A DNA stretch of 64,000 nt, taken from positions 62,001 through 126,000 of IMG/VR virus record IMGVR_UViG_3300037882_001770. One strand, written 5' to 3'. Position 1 is the stretch's first letter. Each line of letters opens with the position of its first letter. Shown here one piece after another: positions 54,498 through 63,686 of the stretch. The position numbers were made by a program, and so were the translations under genes. Below the pieces are notes generated by a model. That model was not told the DNA's origin. It worked only from the letters and a program-made list of their open reading frames with translations, and ran no database searches.

Positions 54498-55658
54498 ATG
54501 AAAGATTTTTATTGCGCTGCCCCATGGAGGGGCCTACACATCAACCCCCGCGGTGATGTTAAGACTTGCTGTGCTGGCAATCCAAATATGTTAGGAAACC
54601 TCAATACACACACTATTGAACAGGTACTTAACAACACGCACATGATTAATGTTCGCAAATCCTTGGCCCAAGGCATACCTCATGCATATTGCGATAATTG
54701 TGTACAGGCTGAACGATTTGGCGCTGAAAGTGAACGACATTGGCACAATAGAGAAAATCCTGGATTTGACTATGCCACAGCCGGTGATCTATATCAGCAC
54801 CCTACAATTGTGGATGTCAGATGGAATATCACTTGTAATCTTAGTTGTAACTATTGTGCGCCGTCGTGTAGTTCAAAATGGGCAGCCTTGCAAAATGTTC
54901 CTTTTAAGTCGGGCAGCCGTCCTTACTACGAGCAGGTTTGCGATTTTATTGAAAAGCATCAAGAGAATATTCGCGAAGTGGCCCTGGTTGGGGGCGAACC
55001 TTTATTACTACCAGAAAATGAACGACTGTTAGACGTTATTCCAGCCGATAGTACTATTACTATCATTACCAACATGAGTGTTGAGTTAGAAAAAAATAAA
55101 ATTTTTAAAAAACTACAGCAACGATCAAAAGTTGGCTGGTCGATGAGTTTTGACAACATTGGTCAACAATTTGAATATGTTAGGTATGGTGCCAGCTGGG
55201 AGTTGTTAAAGCACAATTTAGCCATAGTCAAAGATTTAATAGCTAACCAAGAACACTGGGCTGGAATACATGCAGTTTATAATTTGTATAATGCTACTCG
55301 GTTGTGTGAACTAAGACAGTTTGCACACGAAAATGGAGTTACTGTACTGTGGCAAAACTTATTTCAGCCTGAATATTTAGATCCAGCTTTGCACAGTAGT
55401 AAAATAGCTACCCTGGCCGCAAATGAAATTGAAAAATTTTATGCTCTAGGAATTCACACCGAGCAAGAAAAAACATTTTTTGATACTGCATTAAGAAATT
55501 ACCAATCGATTGACTCCGAGTTAACCAACCCTAGGTATGAGATAACTAAGAAATTTGTCGAGCACATATATCAAATTGAACATGTTTACCATCCGGACCA
55601 CAGTGGATTATTTGCCAAACTTTGGCCTGAACTGTATTCAGCATTCACTTGGAAATAA
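54498..55658 (+). CDS. Radical SAM protein with N-terminal SPASM/Twitch-like region
   Basis: CAAPW...GDVKTCC...CDNC; CNLSCNYC; LVGGEPLL. Confidence 0.85.
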   Translation: MKDFYCAAPWRGLHINPRGDVKTCCAGNPNMLGNLNTHTIEQVLNNTHMINVRKSLAQGIPHAYCDNCVQAERFGAESERHWHNRENPGFDYATAGDLYQHPTIVDVRWNITCNLSCNYCAPSCSSKWAALQNVPFKSGSRPYYEQVCDFIEKHQENIREVALVGGEPLLLPENERLLDVIPADSTITIITNMSVELEKNKIFKKLQQRSKVGWSMSFDNIGQQFEYVRYGASWELLKHNLAIVKDLIANQEHWAGIHAVYNLYNATRLCELRQFAHENGVTVLWQNLFQPEYLDPALHSSKIATLAANEIEKFYALGIHTEQEKTFFDTALRNYQSIDSELTNPRYEITKKFVEHIYQIEHVYHPDHSGLFAKLWPELYSAFTWK

Positions 55659-55664
55659 GTTGTT

Positions 55665-56234
55665 ATGAATATTGTTCCAATTGATCAACAATTATTTTGC
55701 GTGCAGAATTTTGCACCTCCTGCACTTGTTGACAAAATATTAAATACCAACTGGGTGGCATTGAGCTATCAACGCACACAGTTTCGTAAAGATGGGACAC
55801 CGTGGCTTCGTAGACAGATTGACAGTTCTGCTATTGAATGGCACGCCGAATGGGTAGAATTTTTAAAAACCAAGTGGGAGCAAATAACACAACAGTTAGG
55901 TCCTAGCGGTTGGCCTTACCCAACTTATCCAGAATCAACTTTTTGGTTGGATGAGCCCGGATTTGACTGCGGCATACACACCGACGGTGAGTTGCCCGGA
56001 GCAATGCAGTTATACTGGATAGGCAATTCTAATTTAGGAACAACATTTTATCACAATAAAAATGGTAAAAATATACGTGTACAGTTTAAGTTTGTTGCAA
56101 ATCAAGGCTACGTGATGATAAATTTACCAGATCATCACGGTTATCAATTGCTGCAGTGGCACGGTATGTTAACACCAGTTCCTAAAGATACATTCAGGCT
56201 CAGTAGTTATGTGTGGCCAACAAGGATTTATTAA
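55665..56234 (+). CDS. 2OG-Fe(II) dioxygenase-like protein
   Basis: IHTD...GTTFY...WHG...RLS facial-triad pattern. Confidence 0.7.
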   Translation: MNIVPIDQQLFCVQNFAPPALVDKILNTNWVALSYQRTQFRKDGTPWLRRQIDSSAIEWHAEWVEFLKTKWEQITQQLGPSGWPYPTYPESTFWLDEPGFDCGIHTDGELPGAMQLYWIGNSNLGTTFYHNKNGKNIRVQFKFVANQGYVMINLPDHHGYQLLQWHGMLTPVPKDTFRLSSYVWPTRIY

Positions 56235-57803
56235 ATGAGCAAAAGTTTAGAAGGAGTACTAGTAAAGGCCCCACACAAGCGGACTGCATTTACAGATCAA
56301 CAACTAGAAGAATTTATCAAGTGCGCAGATCCCGATACTGGTCCACAGTACTTTATGGATAATTTTTTCTACATACAGCATCCTACTCGTGGCAAAATGC
56401 TGTATCATCCATTTGATTATCAAGCAAGATTGATTAACGTGTATCATCAGTATCGATACTCAATATCAATGATGCCTCGACAAACTGGTAAGAGTACCAG
56501 CGCCGCCGGATATATCTTATGGTACGCCATGTTTGTACCAGACTCAACAATCTTGATCGCAGCCCACAAATACACCGGCGCTCAAGAAATTATGCAACGT
56601 ATTCGGTTTGCATATGAACTGTGCCCAGATCATATTCGTGCAGGGGTTACTAGTTACAACAAAGGAAGTTTGGATTTTGAAAACGGCAGTCGTATTGTGT
56701 CGGCAACAACTACTGAAACTACCGGTCGTGGTATGAGTATATCCTTACTTTACGCCGACGAGTTTGCATTTGTGAGACCCACTATTGCCAAAGAGTTCTG
56801 GACAGCTATTAGCCCCACACTGGCAACAGGTGGTAAGGCAATTATTACTTCAACACCCAACTCAGACGAAGATCAATTTGCGTTATTGTGGAAAGGTGCT
56901 CTCAAATGCGAAGATGAATTTGGCAATCCAACTGAAGTTGGACAAAACGGATTCAAGGCATACCGCAGTTATTGGAAAGAACACCCAGACCGCGATACAG
57001 CCTGGGGCGAAAGCATGCGGGCACAGTTAGGCGAAGATCGATTCCGTCGAGAAATTGATTGCGAATTTATCATCAATGACGAAACACTAATTGCGCCGGC
57101 CAAGTTGATTGATTTACAAGGGCAAGAACCTTTGTACAAAACCGGCCAGGTACGTTGGTTCAAACGCCCTGAAAAAAATCGTATCTATGTTGTGGCCTTG
57201 GACCCAAGTCTTGGAACTGGTGGTGACCCAAGTGCCATACAGATATTCGAAGCAAATACCACAGAACAAGTTGGAGAATGGCGTCATAATCGCACACCAA
57301 TTCCTGAGCAGGTTCGCATATTGGCCGACGTATGTAGGCATATCAATGAAACTGTACAGGACCCACAAAGCATCTATTTCAGTGTGGAAAACAACACCAT
57401 TGGCGAAGCGGCCCTGATCAGCATTGCAGAATATGGTGAAGAAAACATACAAGGGTATTTTTTAAGTGAGCCCAATGGCGGCGGAAGTCGTAGATACCGC
57501 AAAGGATTCAACACCAGCAACAAGCCCAAACTAGCGGCCTGTAACAAATTTAAAACTTTAATAGAAACCGGCCGTATGAAAATACGCAGTTCTAGTCTGG
57601 TCAGTGAACTCAAAACATTTGTAGCACACGGAGTAGGCTATGCTGCCAAACCAGGCGAAACAGACGATTTAGTCATGGCTGCCTTGCTTGCAGTGCGTAT
57701 GATGCAATTGCTACAAACATACCACACAGAAATGGACACAGCCATGCGAGATCACGGCGATAACATAATAGAACCCATGCCTTTCATTGCTACAATGTAC
57801 TAA
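56235..57803 (+). CDS. Terminase large subunit gp17
   Basis: MMPRQTGKS, LLYADEFAF, ITSTPN, ALDPSLG, DDLVMA. Confidence 0.97.
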   Translation: MSKSLEGVLVKAPHKRTAFTDQQLEEFIKCADPDTGPQYFMDNFFYIQHPTRGKMLYHPFDYQARLINVYHQYRYSISMMPRQTGKSTSAAGYILWYAMFVPDSTILIAAHKYTGAQEIMQRIRFAYELCPDHIRAGVTSYNKGSLDFENGSRIVSATTTETTGRGMSISLLYADEFAFVRPTIAKEFWTAISPTLATGGKAIITSTPNSDEDQFALLWKGALKCEDEFGNPTEVGQNGFKAYRSYWKEHPDRDTAWGESMRAQLGEDRFRREIDCEFIINDETLIAPAKLIDLQGQEPLYKTGQVRWFKRPEKNRIYVVALDPSLGTGGDPSAIQIFEANTTEQVGEWRHNRTPIPEQVRILADVCRHINETVQDPQSIYFSVENNTIGEAALISIAEYGEENIQGYFLSEPNGGGSRRYRKGFNTSNKPKLAACNKFKTLIETGRMKIRSSSLVSELKTFVAHGVGYAAKPGETDDLVMAALLAVRMMQLLQTYHTEMDTAMRDHGDNIIEPMPFIATMY

Positions 57804-57813
57804 ATACAACACT

Positions 57814-59619
57814 ATGGCCGCACAGACACCCGCACAACAACTATATGACTTGCTAGTCAGCAGAAACTTTGACCCAGAATTATTGGACAGCACTGGTAAG
57901 CCCAGCCAAATTCCAAGCGAAACTGAAATTTTTAGTTTTGATTTCCAAACCGAATCCGGTAACGATTACGGAACAGTGGTAATCATGCTAGGAGACGACA
58001 ATAATCTAGAAGTATATTTTGGCGACAACATTGGCCGCGGCATGGATGCCCAAGATAAAAAAGAGTGGTTTGATTTCTTATACCAGATACGAATGTTTTC
58101 CAAACGCAACTTGATGAGTTTTGGACTTAAAAATTTAAATCGTTTGCGTTACAGTATGCAAGGTCAGGCTGCAATCAAAGAAGGCCTGTTTGAATCCTGG
58201 TCAGGTACTCGTACACAAAGTTGGAATGGCAAGCAAACTGAAGCCAGACTAATGATAAAACACAAGCGTCCGCTAGGGGAAACCGATGCACGGTTTCGCT
58301 ATGTTGAAAGTTTGTTTGTAGAAACCGCCGAAGGTGAACGTTACAAGTTGCCATTTACAAAGCTAAGTGGTGGCCGAGCCATGGTAGAGCATGTACGCAA
58401 CGGTGGACGTCCATACGATCAACGTGGCCAACACATTAGTGAAATGGTAAACGAACTCAACGTACTAAGCCGTTTCCGTCGAGCAAATCATGGCAAGATA
58501 TTCGAAGGCGACACAGCACAATTGGTCGAGCATGCAAATCAGTATTATGAAACAGCACAACGCACCTTAAAGAGTCTTGGCACCGCATCGGGATATTCCA
58601 ACTATTTTGAATCTTGGAATCCGGAAACTGTGACAGAACAAAATGTAGTCATTGAGGGTCTCAAGCATTTGTTTGTGACTCAAAGTATTGATCAAAGAAT
58701 TGAAGAAGCCTTGCCAATCTTGGCCCGCATACAACAACAGGGAAACGAAATGAAAGAAGCAAACATATTTGAAGCATGGGCAAATCAGCTCGTAGAAGGA
58801 ACCTGGGCCGTTCCAGACACTCCAGAAAAACAAGAGCAATTGGTTACATTGATGAGCAAAGAGTTTCCGGTGGGCGCCGACGCCACCAACGCCACAGAAC
58901 AGTTGTATGATTTGATCGGCGATGACGTGCTATTTGATCAATTAGAAGATCTGGCTGCCAATGATGCCAACGCAGACTGTCGTCAGCTTGTGTATGACCG
59001 TATGCAAGAGCTAGCAGACAATCCAGACATTGCAGAAGTGATGGCAAAATTTACTGTGGATGCGGATATTTCTGCAGAGCCTATAAACGAAAGCCAACTG
59101 ATGGATGCAACCGGTGAAACAATTGGTCATATCTTGAATCGTTTTAAATACGAAGTTAAGAAGTTTGAACAAAACAGTGAACTAGATGATGACTTATACC
59201 ATGCACTGTTTGATTATTGGAACGATGCTGGCGAAATTCCTTACGGTGTACAAAAGGCACGTGACGGAGACCCATATGAATGGGTAGCACAGAATTTACA
59301 AAGTCATTTGTTGGGCGGTGGTATTGTTGGTGGTAATCCAGATGAAGACCGTGGCCTTGAGCGTGAGAGCGTCATGCACGGCGACTATGCTGAAGAAACT
59401 AAAGAGAGTGACGCTGATCTTTTTACTGAAGCTACGTGCAACATGACCGAATCTGGTGAAGCATGCCCGGTGCATGGTGTAAAAGAATGTTGGGGATCTG
59501 ATGATGCTAGCCCATTAGCAGGACAATACGGACATTCGGGCAAAATGAAAGCAGTGGACAAGTCCGCAGATTTCTTAGACAGGTTAAAAGAATTGTCAGG
59601 TCTATTACGTACACGATAA
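57814..59619 (+). CDS. Large hypothetical virion/head protein
   Basis: TAAATA 7 nt upstream; many xxE sites (LFES, IFEA, LVEG, INES, FTEA); ends DRLKELSGL. Confidence 0.6.
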   Translation: MAAQTPAQQLYDLLVSRNFDPELLDSTGKPSQIPSETEIFSFDFQTESGNDYGTVVIMLGDDNNLEVYFGDNIGRGMDAQDKKEWFDFLYQIRMFSKRNLMSFGLKNLNRLRYSMQGQAAIKEGLFESWSGTRTQSWNGKQTEARLMIKHKRPLGETDARFRYVESLFVETAEGERYKLPFTKLSGGRAMVEHVRNGGRPYDQRGQHISEMVNELNVLSRFRRANHGKIFEGDTAQLVEHANQYYETAQRTLKSLGTASGYSNYFESWNPETVTEQNVVIEGLKHLFVTQSIDQRIEEALPILARIQQQGNEMKEANIFEAWANQLVEGTWAVPDTPEKQEQLVTLMSKEFPVGADATNATEQLYDLIGDDVLFDQLEDLAANDANADCRQLVYDRMQELADNPDIAEVMAKFTVDADISAEPINESQLMDATGETIGHILNRFKYEVKKFEQNSELDDDLYHALFDYWNDAGEIPYGVQKARDGDPYEWVAQNLQSHLLGGGIVGGNPDEDRGLERESVMHGDYAEETKESDADLFTEATCNMTESGEACPVHGVKECWGSDDASPLAGQYGHSGKMKAVDKSADFLDRLKELSGLLRTR

Positions 59620-59658
59620 CTATAATGTAACACTAACAACTTGGTTTTATAAATAAGC

Positions 59659-60606
59659 ATGCTCAAAGCATGCTTTTTTATGAATATACTCAATACTCTT
59701 AGAACCGAAAAAGACGGAACCTACAATACCAACATCGCAAATCGAGATCCCTTGCGTATCATTGATCATGCTCTGGGGTTTGACAAAAATTTCAAATGTG
59801 AAGTGTTGGATCAACTGCATGCTCAAACGGATCATCGCCGTACTGTGGCCACTGAGTATATATTCAACAAACAAATACGAAACACTTACTCTAAATTTGA
59901 TTTTGTATTCGATGTCAACACCTGGTATCAAGAAAACGGTATTGATAACCTACAAATATTTGAAAACTCTTCTAAAAAAAATCTAAATTCTTTTATTTGT
60001 TCCTTTAACAATTCGCCGCACGTTGGCAGAAAGTTACTGGTCAGTGCCTTACATTATTATGGATTTTTTAATCCAGAAACCTGCAGCAAAACATTCACAT
60101 TGGAGCCTTATGAGATAATTGGAACCCTGTATGATTATGTTGGAGATCGGGCGGACTGGTATAAAAAGTTTTTTAACGGTTCGCAATGCCCAGATTTTTA
60201 TCAGACACGCTACATATTTGGTTCTATGGTCAGCATGGATCATGGTAGAAATCAACAGCATCTCAAATCCAAAATTGACAACAGCTTTTTACATATAGTT
60301 AGCGAAACCATGCCTACCAGTTATTATCCATTTGTCACTGAAAAATTTTTATACAGTGTGGTTCAAAAAGGTTTGTTTTTGTCCTATGCACAGCCCAGGT
60401 GGCACCGACATGTTGAATATTATTACGGATTTCGACGCTACACTCGTATTTTTAACTATGACTTTGATAGTATAGCCAATCCTCCGCAACGACTAATTGC
60501 ATTACTTGACATGATATCAAAGTTCAGCAAACTAAAACCGTTAGATTGGCACGACTTGTATGCTGTAGAAAAAGAAACCATTGATTTTAATTTTGATCAT
60601 TTCTGA
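59659..60606 (+). CDS. Glycosyltransferase-like protein; frame stays open past the TGA to TAA at 60738
   Basis: IVSETM...VTEKF...GF.RYT.IFNYDFD pattern; in-frame TGA followed by 43 sense codons. Confidence 0.5.
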   Translation: MLKACFFMNILNTLRTEKDGTYNTNIANRDPLRIIDHALGFDKNFKCEVLDQLHAQTDHRRTVATEYIFNKQIRNTYSKFDFVFDVNTWYQENGIDNLQIFENSSKKNLNSFICSFNNSPHVGRKLLVSALHYYGFFNPETCSKTFTLEPYEIIGTLYDYVGDRADWYKKFFNGSQCPDFYQTRYIFGSMVSMDHGRNQQHLKSKIDNSFLHIVSETMPTSYYPFVTEKFLYSVVQKGLFLSYAQPRWHRHVEYYYGFRRYTRIFNYDFDSIANPPQRLIALLDMISKFSKLKPLDWHDLYAVEKETIDFNFDHF

Positions 60607-60744
60607 AGCGGCAATTATTTAAAACATTTAGAAAAACGTGTGGGGCGAAATGGAACCATTGCATCATTTGACAACCAAGTCCGTGCAAAAATCAAGTTTG
60701 CCGACTTGTTTCAAGTAATAGAGCAAACACAATCATAAATACTC

Positions 60745-60773
60745 TTGACGTTGTACAAGCACTAGTATATACT
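60745..60773 (+). promoter_or_regulatory. sigma70 promoter for the ssb operon, adjacent to a late CATAAATA
   Basis: TTGACG-17-TATACT. Confidence 0.7.
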
Positions 60774-60867
60774 ACACAAGTGATACAAACTTTACAGCAT
60801 CACAGGCAACTTAGATCTAGCAATAGATAGGCAACGCATTTTATAAAACTTAGAAAGGCAACTTAAA

Positions 60868-61842
60868 ATGGCATCATTAGCAGAAATACGAGCAAGACTC
60901 GCAGCTTCAGAAGGCAAACAACAAGGCGGCAACTCCACAGGTGGTGATAATGCAATTTACCCACACTGGAACATGGAAGAAGGCCAGTCCGCAACATTAA
61001 GATTCCTCCCCGACGGTAACACAAAGAACACATTCTTCTGGCAAGAACGTGCCATGATTCGTTTACCATTCAATGGTATCAAGGGCGAAGGCGATTCAAA
61101 ACAAGTTTATGTACAAGTTCCTTGCATGGAAATGTGGCAAGAAACTTGTCCAGTGCTGACCGAAGTACGTGGTTGGTTCAAAGACAAGAGCCTTGAAGAA
61201 ATGGGCCGTAAGTACTGGAAAAAACGCAGTTACATTTTCCAAGGCTTTGTTCGCGAGAATCCAATCGCTGACGACAAGACTCCAGCAAACCCAATTCGCC
61301 GATTCATTATTGGTCCACAAATTTTTGCTACTATCAAGTCAGCATTGATGGATCCAGAATTAGAAGAATTGCCAACAGACCTGATGCGTGGATTGGACTT
61401 CCGTATTAGCAAAACAGCCAAAGGTGGCTTTGCTGACTACTCTACATCAAAGTGGGCACGTAAAGAAACTGCACTCGACGAAGCTGAAATGGCAACAATT
61501 GAGCAACATGGACTGTTTGATTTGAGTACGTTCCTGCCGAAGAAACCGACCGAAGCAGAAGTCAAAGTTATTAAAGAAATGTTTGAAGCGTCAGTTGATG
61601 GTCAAAGCTATGATACAGAACGTTGGGGTCAGTATTTCCGCCCAGCAGGTGTATCAGCTCCAGCCGGCACAACAACAGAATCAGCGCCAGCACCTGCAGC
61701 AGTTAATACTCCTGCACCAGCTGTGACGTCTAGTTTTGATGACGAAGAGCCACCAGTGGCGGCTGCACCAATTGAAGCCAAACCTTCGACACAAAAAGCC
61801 GAAGATATTTTAGCAATGATTCGTGCTCGTCAAAAGGCGTAA
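60868..61842 (+). CDS. Single-stranded DNA-binding protein gp32
   Basis: LRFLP, CPV...WFKD...GRKYWKKRSY, GLDFRI...GFADYSTSKW, acidic tail. Confidence 0.92.
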   Translation: MASLAEIRARLAASEGKQQGGNSTGGDNAIYPHWNMEEGQSATLRFLPDGNTKNTFFWQERAMIRLPFNGIKGEGDSKQVYVQVPCMEMWQETCPVLTEVRGWFKDKSLEEMGRKYWKKRSYIFQGFVRENPIADDKTPANPIRRFIIGPQIFATIKSALMDPELEELPTDLMRGLDFRISKTAKGGFADYSTSKWARKETALDEAEMATIEQHGLFDLSTFLPKKPTEAEVKVIKEMFEASVDGQSYDTERWGQYFRPAGVSAPAGTTTESAPAPAAVNTPAPAVTSSFDDEEPPVAAAPIEAKPSTQKAEDILAMIRARQKA

Positions 61843-61854
61843 GCATTTAGTCTA

Positions 61855-61888
61855 ATAATAACACAAGAGGCAACTCTTGTGTTATTAT
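61855..61888 (+). terminator. 15-bp perfect hairpin with GCAA loop between gp32 and uvsX
   Basis: ATAATAACACAAGAG-GCAA-CTCTTGTGTTATTAT. Confidence 0.7.
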
Positions 61889-61915
61889 ATCTTATATAAC
61901 TACAGAGGTAATACG

Positions 61916-62971
61916 ATGGGAAAACCATTTGACGTATCAAAGTTCCGCAAGGACATCACCAAGAGCATTGACGGTCTCAGTATCGGATTTAATGACCCCA
62001 CAGACTGGATTAGCACAGGCAACTTTGCACTAAACTATCTAATCTCAGGAGACTTTAACAAAGGCATTCCGCTAGGCAAAGTTACAGTATTTGCTGGCGA
62101 GTCTGGCGCAGGTAAAAGTTATTTCTGCTCGGGTAATATTATTAAAAATGCACAAGAACAAGGTATTTTTGTTATCTTAATTGACTCAGAAAACGCACTA
62201 GATGAAGATTGGCTCAAAGCCCTAGGTGTAGACACTAGTGATAGTAAATTGCTTAAACTCAGCATGGCCATGATTGATGATGTGGCTAAAACAATTAGCA
62301 CATTTATGAGTGATTACAAAGCTCTACCCGACGGCGAGCGACCAAAGGTGTTATTTGTAATTGATTCATTGGGCATGTTGCTAACTCCTACTGATGTTAA
62401 TCAGTTTGATGCGGGTGAAATGAAAGGTGATCTGGGTCGTAAGCCCAAGGCACTTACTGCATTGGTTCGTAATTGTGTAAACATGTTCGGTAGTTACAAT
62501 GTAGGTTTGGTATGTACCAATCATACCTATGCCAGCCAAGACATGTTTGACCCCGACGACAAGATTTCTGGCGGCCAGGGCTTTATCTACGCATCAAGTA
62601 TTGTGGTAGCCATGAAGAAGATGAAGCTGAAAGAGGACGAGGACGGCAATAAGATTACCGATGTCATGGGTATCCGTGCCGGGTGTAAAGTAATGAAAAC
62701 ACGCTATGCCAAACCATTTGAAGGCGTGCAGGTCAAGATTCCTTATGAAACAGGCATGAACCCGTACTCGGGCATGGTAGACATGGCTGAGAAACGTGGC
62801 CTACTCAAGAAAGAAGGCAACAGCCTAGTGTTTGTGACCAGCGATGGAGAAATTATCAAACAGTTTCGCAAAAAGTGGGAATCGAACGAAGGTGGGTGTT
62901 TAGATAAACTTATGGTTGATTTTAATAATCAAAAAACGGTAAGTACTGAAGACACAGCTACGGAGGAATAA
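61916..62971 (+). CDS. uvsX: RecA-like recombinase UvsX
   Basis: FAGESGAGKS, LIDSENA, VIDSLG, NHTY, ISGG; start reassigned to MGKPF. Confidence 0.93.
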   Translation: MGKPFDVSKFRKDITKSIDGLSIGFNDPTDWISTGNFALNYLISGDFNKGIPLGKVTVFAGESGAGKSYFCSGNIIKNAQEQGIFVILIDSENALDEDWLKALGVDTSDSKLLKLSMAMIDDVAKTISTFMSDYKALPDGERPKVLFVIDSLGMLLTPTDVNQFDAGEMKGDLGRKPKALTALVRNCVNMFGSYNVGLVCTNHTYASQDMFDPDDKISGGQGFIYASSIVVAMKKMKLKEDEDGNKITDVMGIRAGCKVMKTRYAKPFEGVQVKIPYETGMNPYSGMVDMAEKRGLLKKEGNSLVFVTSDGEIIKQFRKKWESNEGGCLDKLMVDFNNQKTVSTEDTATEE

Positions 62972-62973
62972 CA

Positions 62974-63231
62974 ATGTCAGTGGATTTAAGCAAAGAAATT
63001 TGGGACGAGCTCAAACGCTATATCAATACAGTTGATCGTGACGAAGCAGCAGAAACACTGGTATCGGTTTTAATTGACAACGATGCAGATGCAGCCGATA
63101 TCAAAAATGTTTTTAAAAGCGATAGTGAAATAAAGCGAGCCTTGGCCAGTTATCTTCAGGATCATGCAGACGATTACGAAGAGGACGAGGATGAAGACGA
63201 AGAGTACGACGATGATGAAGAGGATTACTAA
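62974..63231 (+). CDS. Small acidic hypothetical protein
   Basis: 85 aa with a D/E tail, between uvsX and uvsY. Confidence 0.6.
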   Translation: MSVDLSKEIWDELKRYINTVDRDEAAETLVSVLIDNDADAADIKNVFKSDSEIKRALASYLQDHADDYEEDEDEDEEYDDDEEDY

Positions 63232-63233
63232 CA

Positions 63234-63686
63234 TTGTGGTATAGTAAAGTTGTTGCAAATCTTGGCGCTATTCCGGACTTTATAGCCCATTACGAGCGCG
63301 AACTCGAACTTGCTAAAACCGATTGCAGGGTAGGCGGATTAATAGAAAAAAATATTACTGCCTTGCCCGGCATTACCGAGCATAGATTTAACCAGCTTCA
63401 AGAAATTGAAGCGGTGTTAAACTTTCTTAATATTCAATTGCGAAAGATTCGCCGCAAGCATTTTCAAAAATATCTTGAAGGATATCAACGTGCTCTAACC
63501 AGCCGAGACGCAGAAAAGTATGTGGATGGTGAGGATGAAGTCATAGATTTTGAAACCTTAATCAACGAAGTCGCATTACTACGCAACAAATATCTGGGCA
63601 TCATGAAAGCCATGGAAAGTAAAAACTTTATGTTAGGGCATGTAGTAAGATTACGAGCCGCAGGCATGGAAGATATATCTCTATAA
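63234..63686 (+). CDS. uvsY: Recombination mediator UvsY-like
   Basis: KYLEGY...TSRDAEKYVDGEDEV...LRNKYLGIMKA. Confidence 0.75.
   Translation: MWYSKVVANLGAIPDFIAHYERELELAKTDCRVGGLIEKNITALPGITEHRFNQLQEIEAVLNFLNIQLRKIRRKHFQKYLEGYQRALTSRDAEKYVDGEDEVIDFETLINEVALLRNKYLGIMKAMESKNFMLGHVVRLRAAGMEDISL

Noticed and set aside
60604-60660. Selenocysteine recoding of the in-frame TGA
   Set aside because: No convincing SECIS-like hairpin immediately downstream, and the context is not a redox Cys motif.
56235-62971. Inteins or introns in terminase or UvsX
   Set aside because: Lengths are ordinary, motifs are contiguous, and no intein terminal signatures are present.
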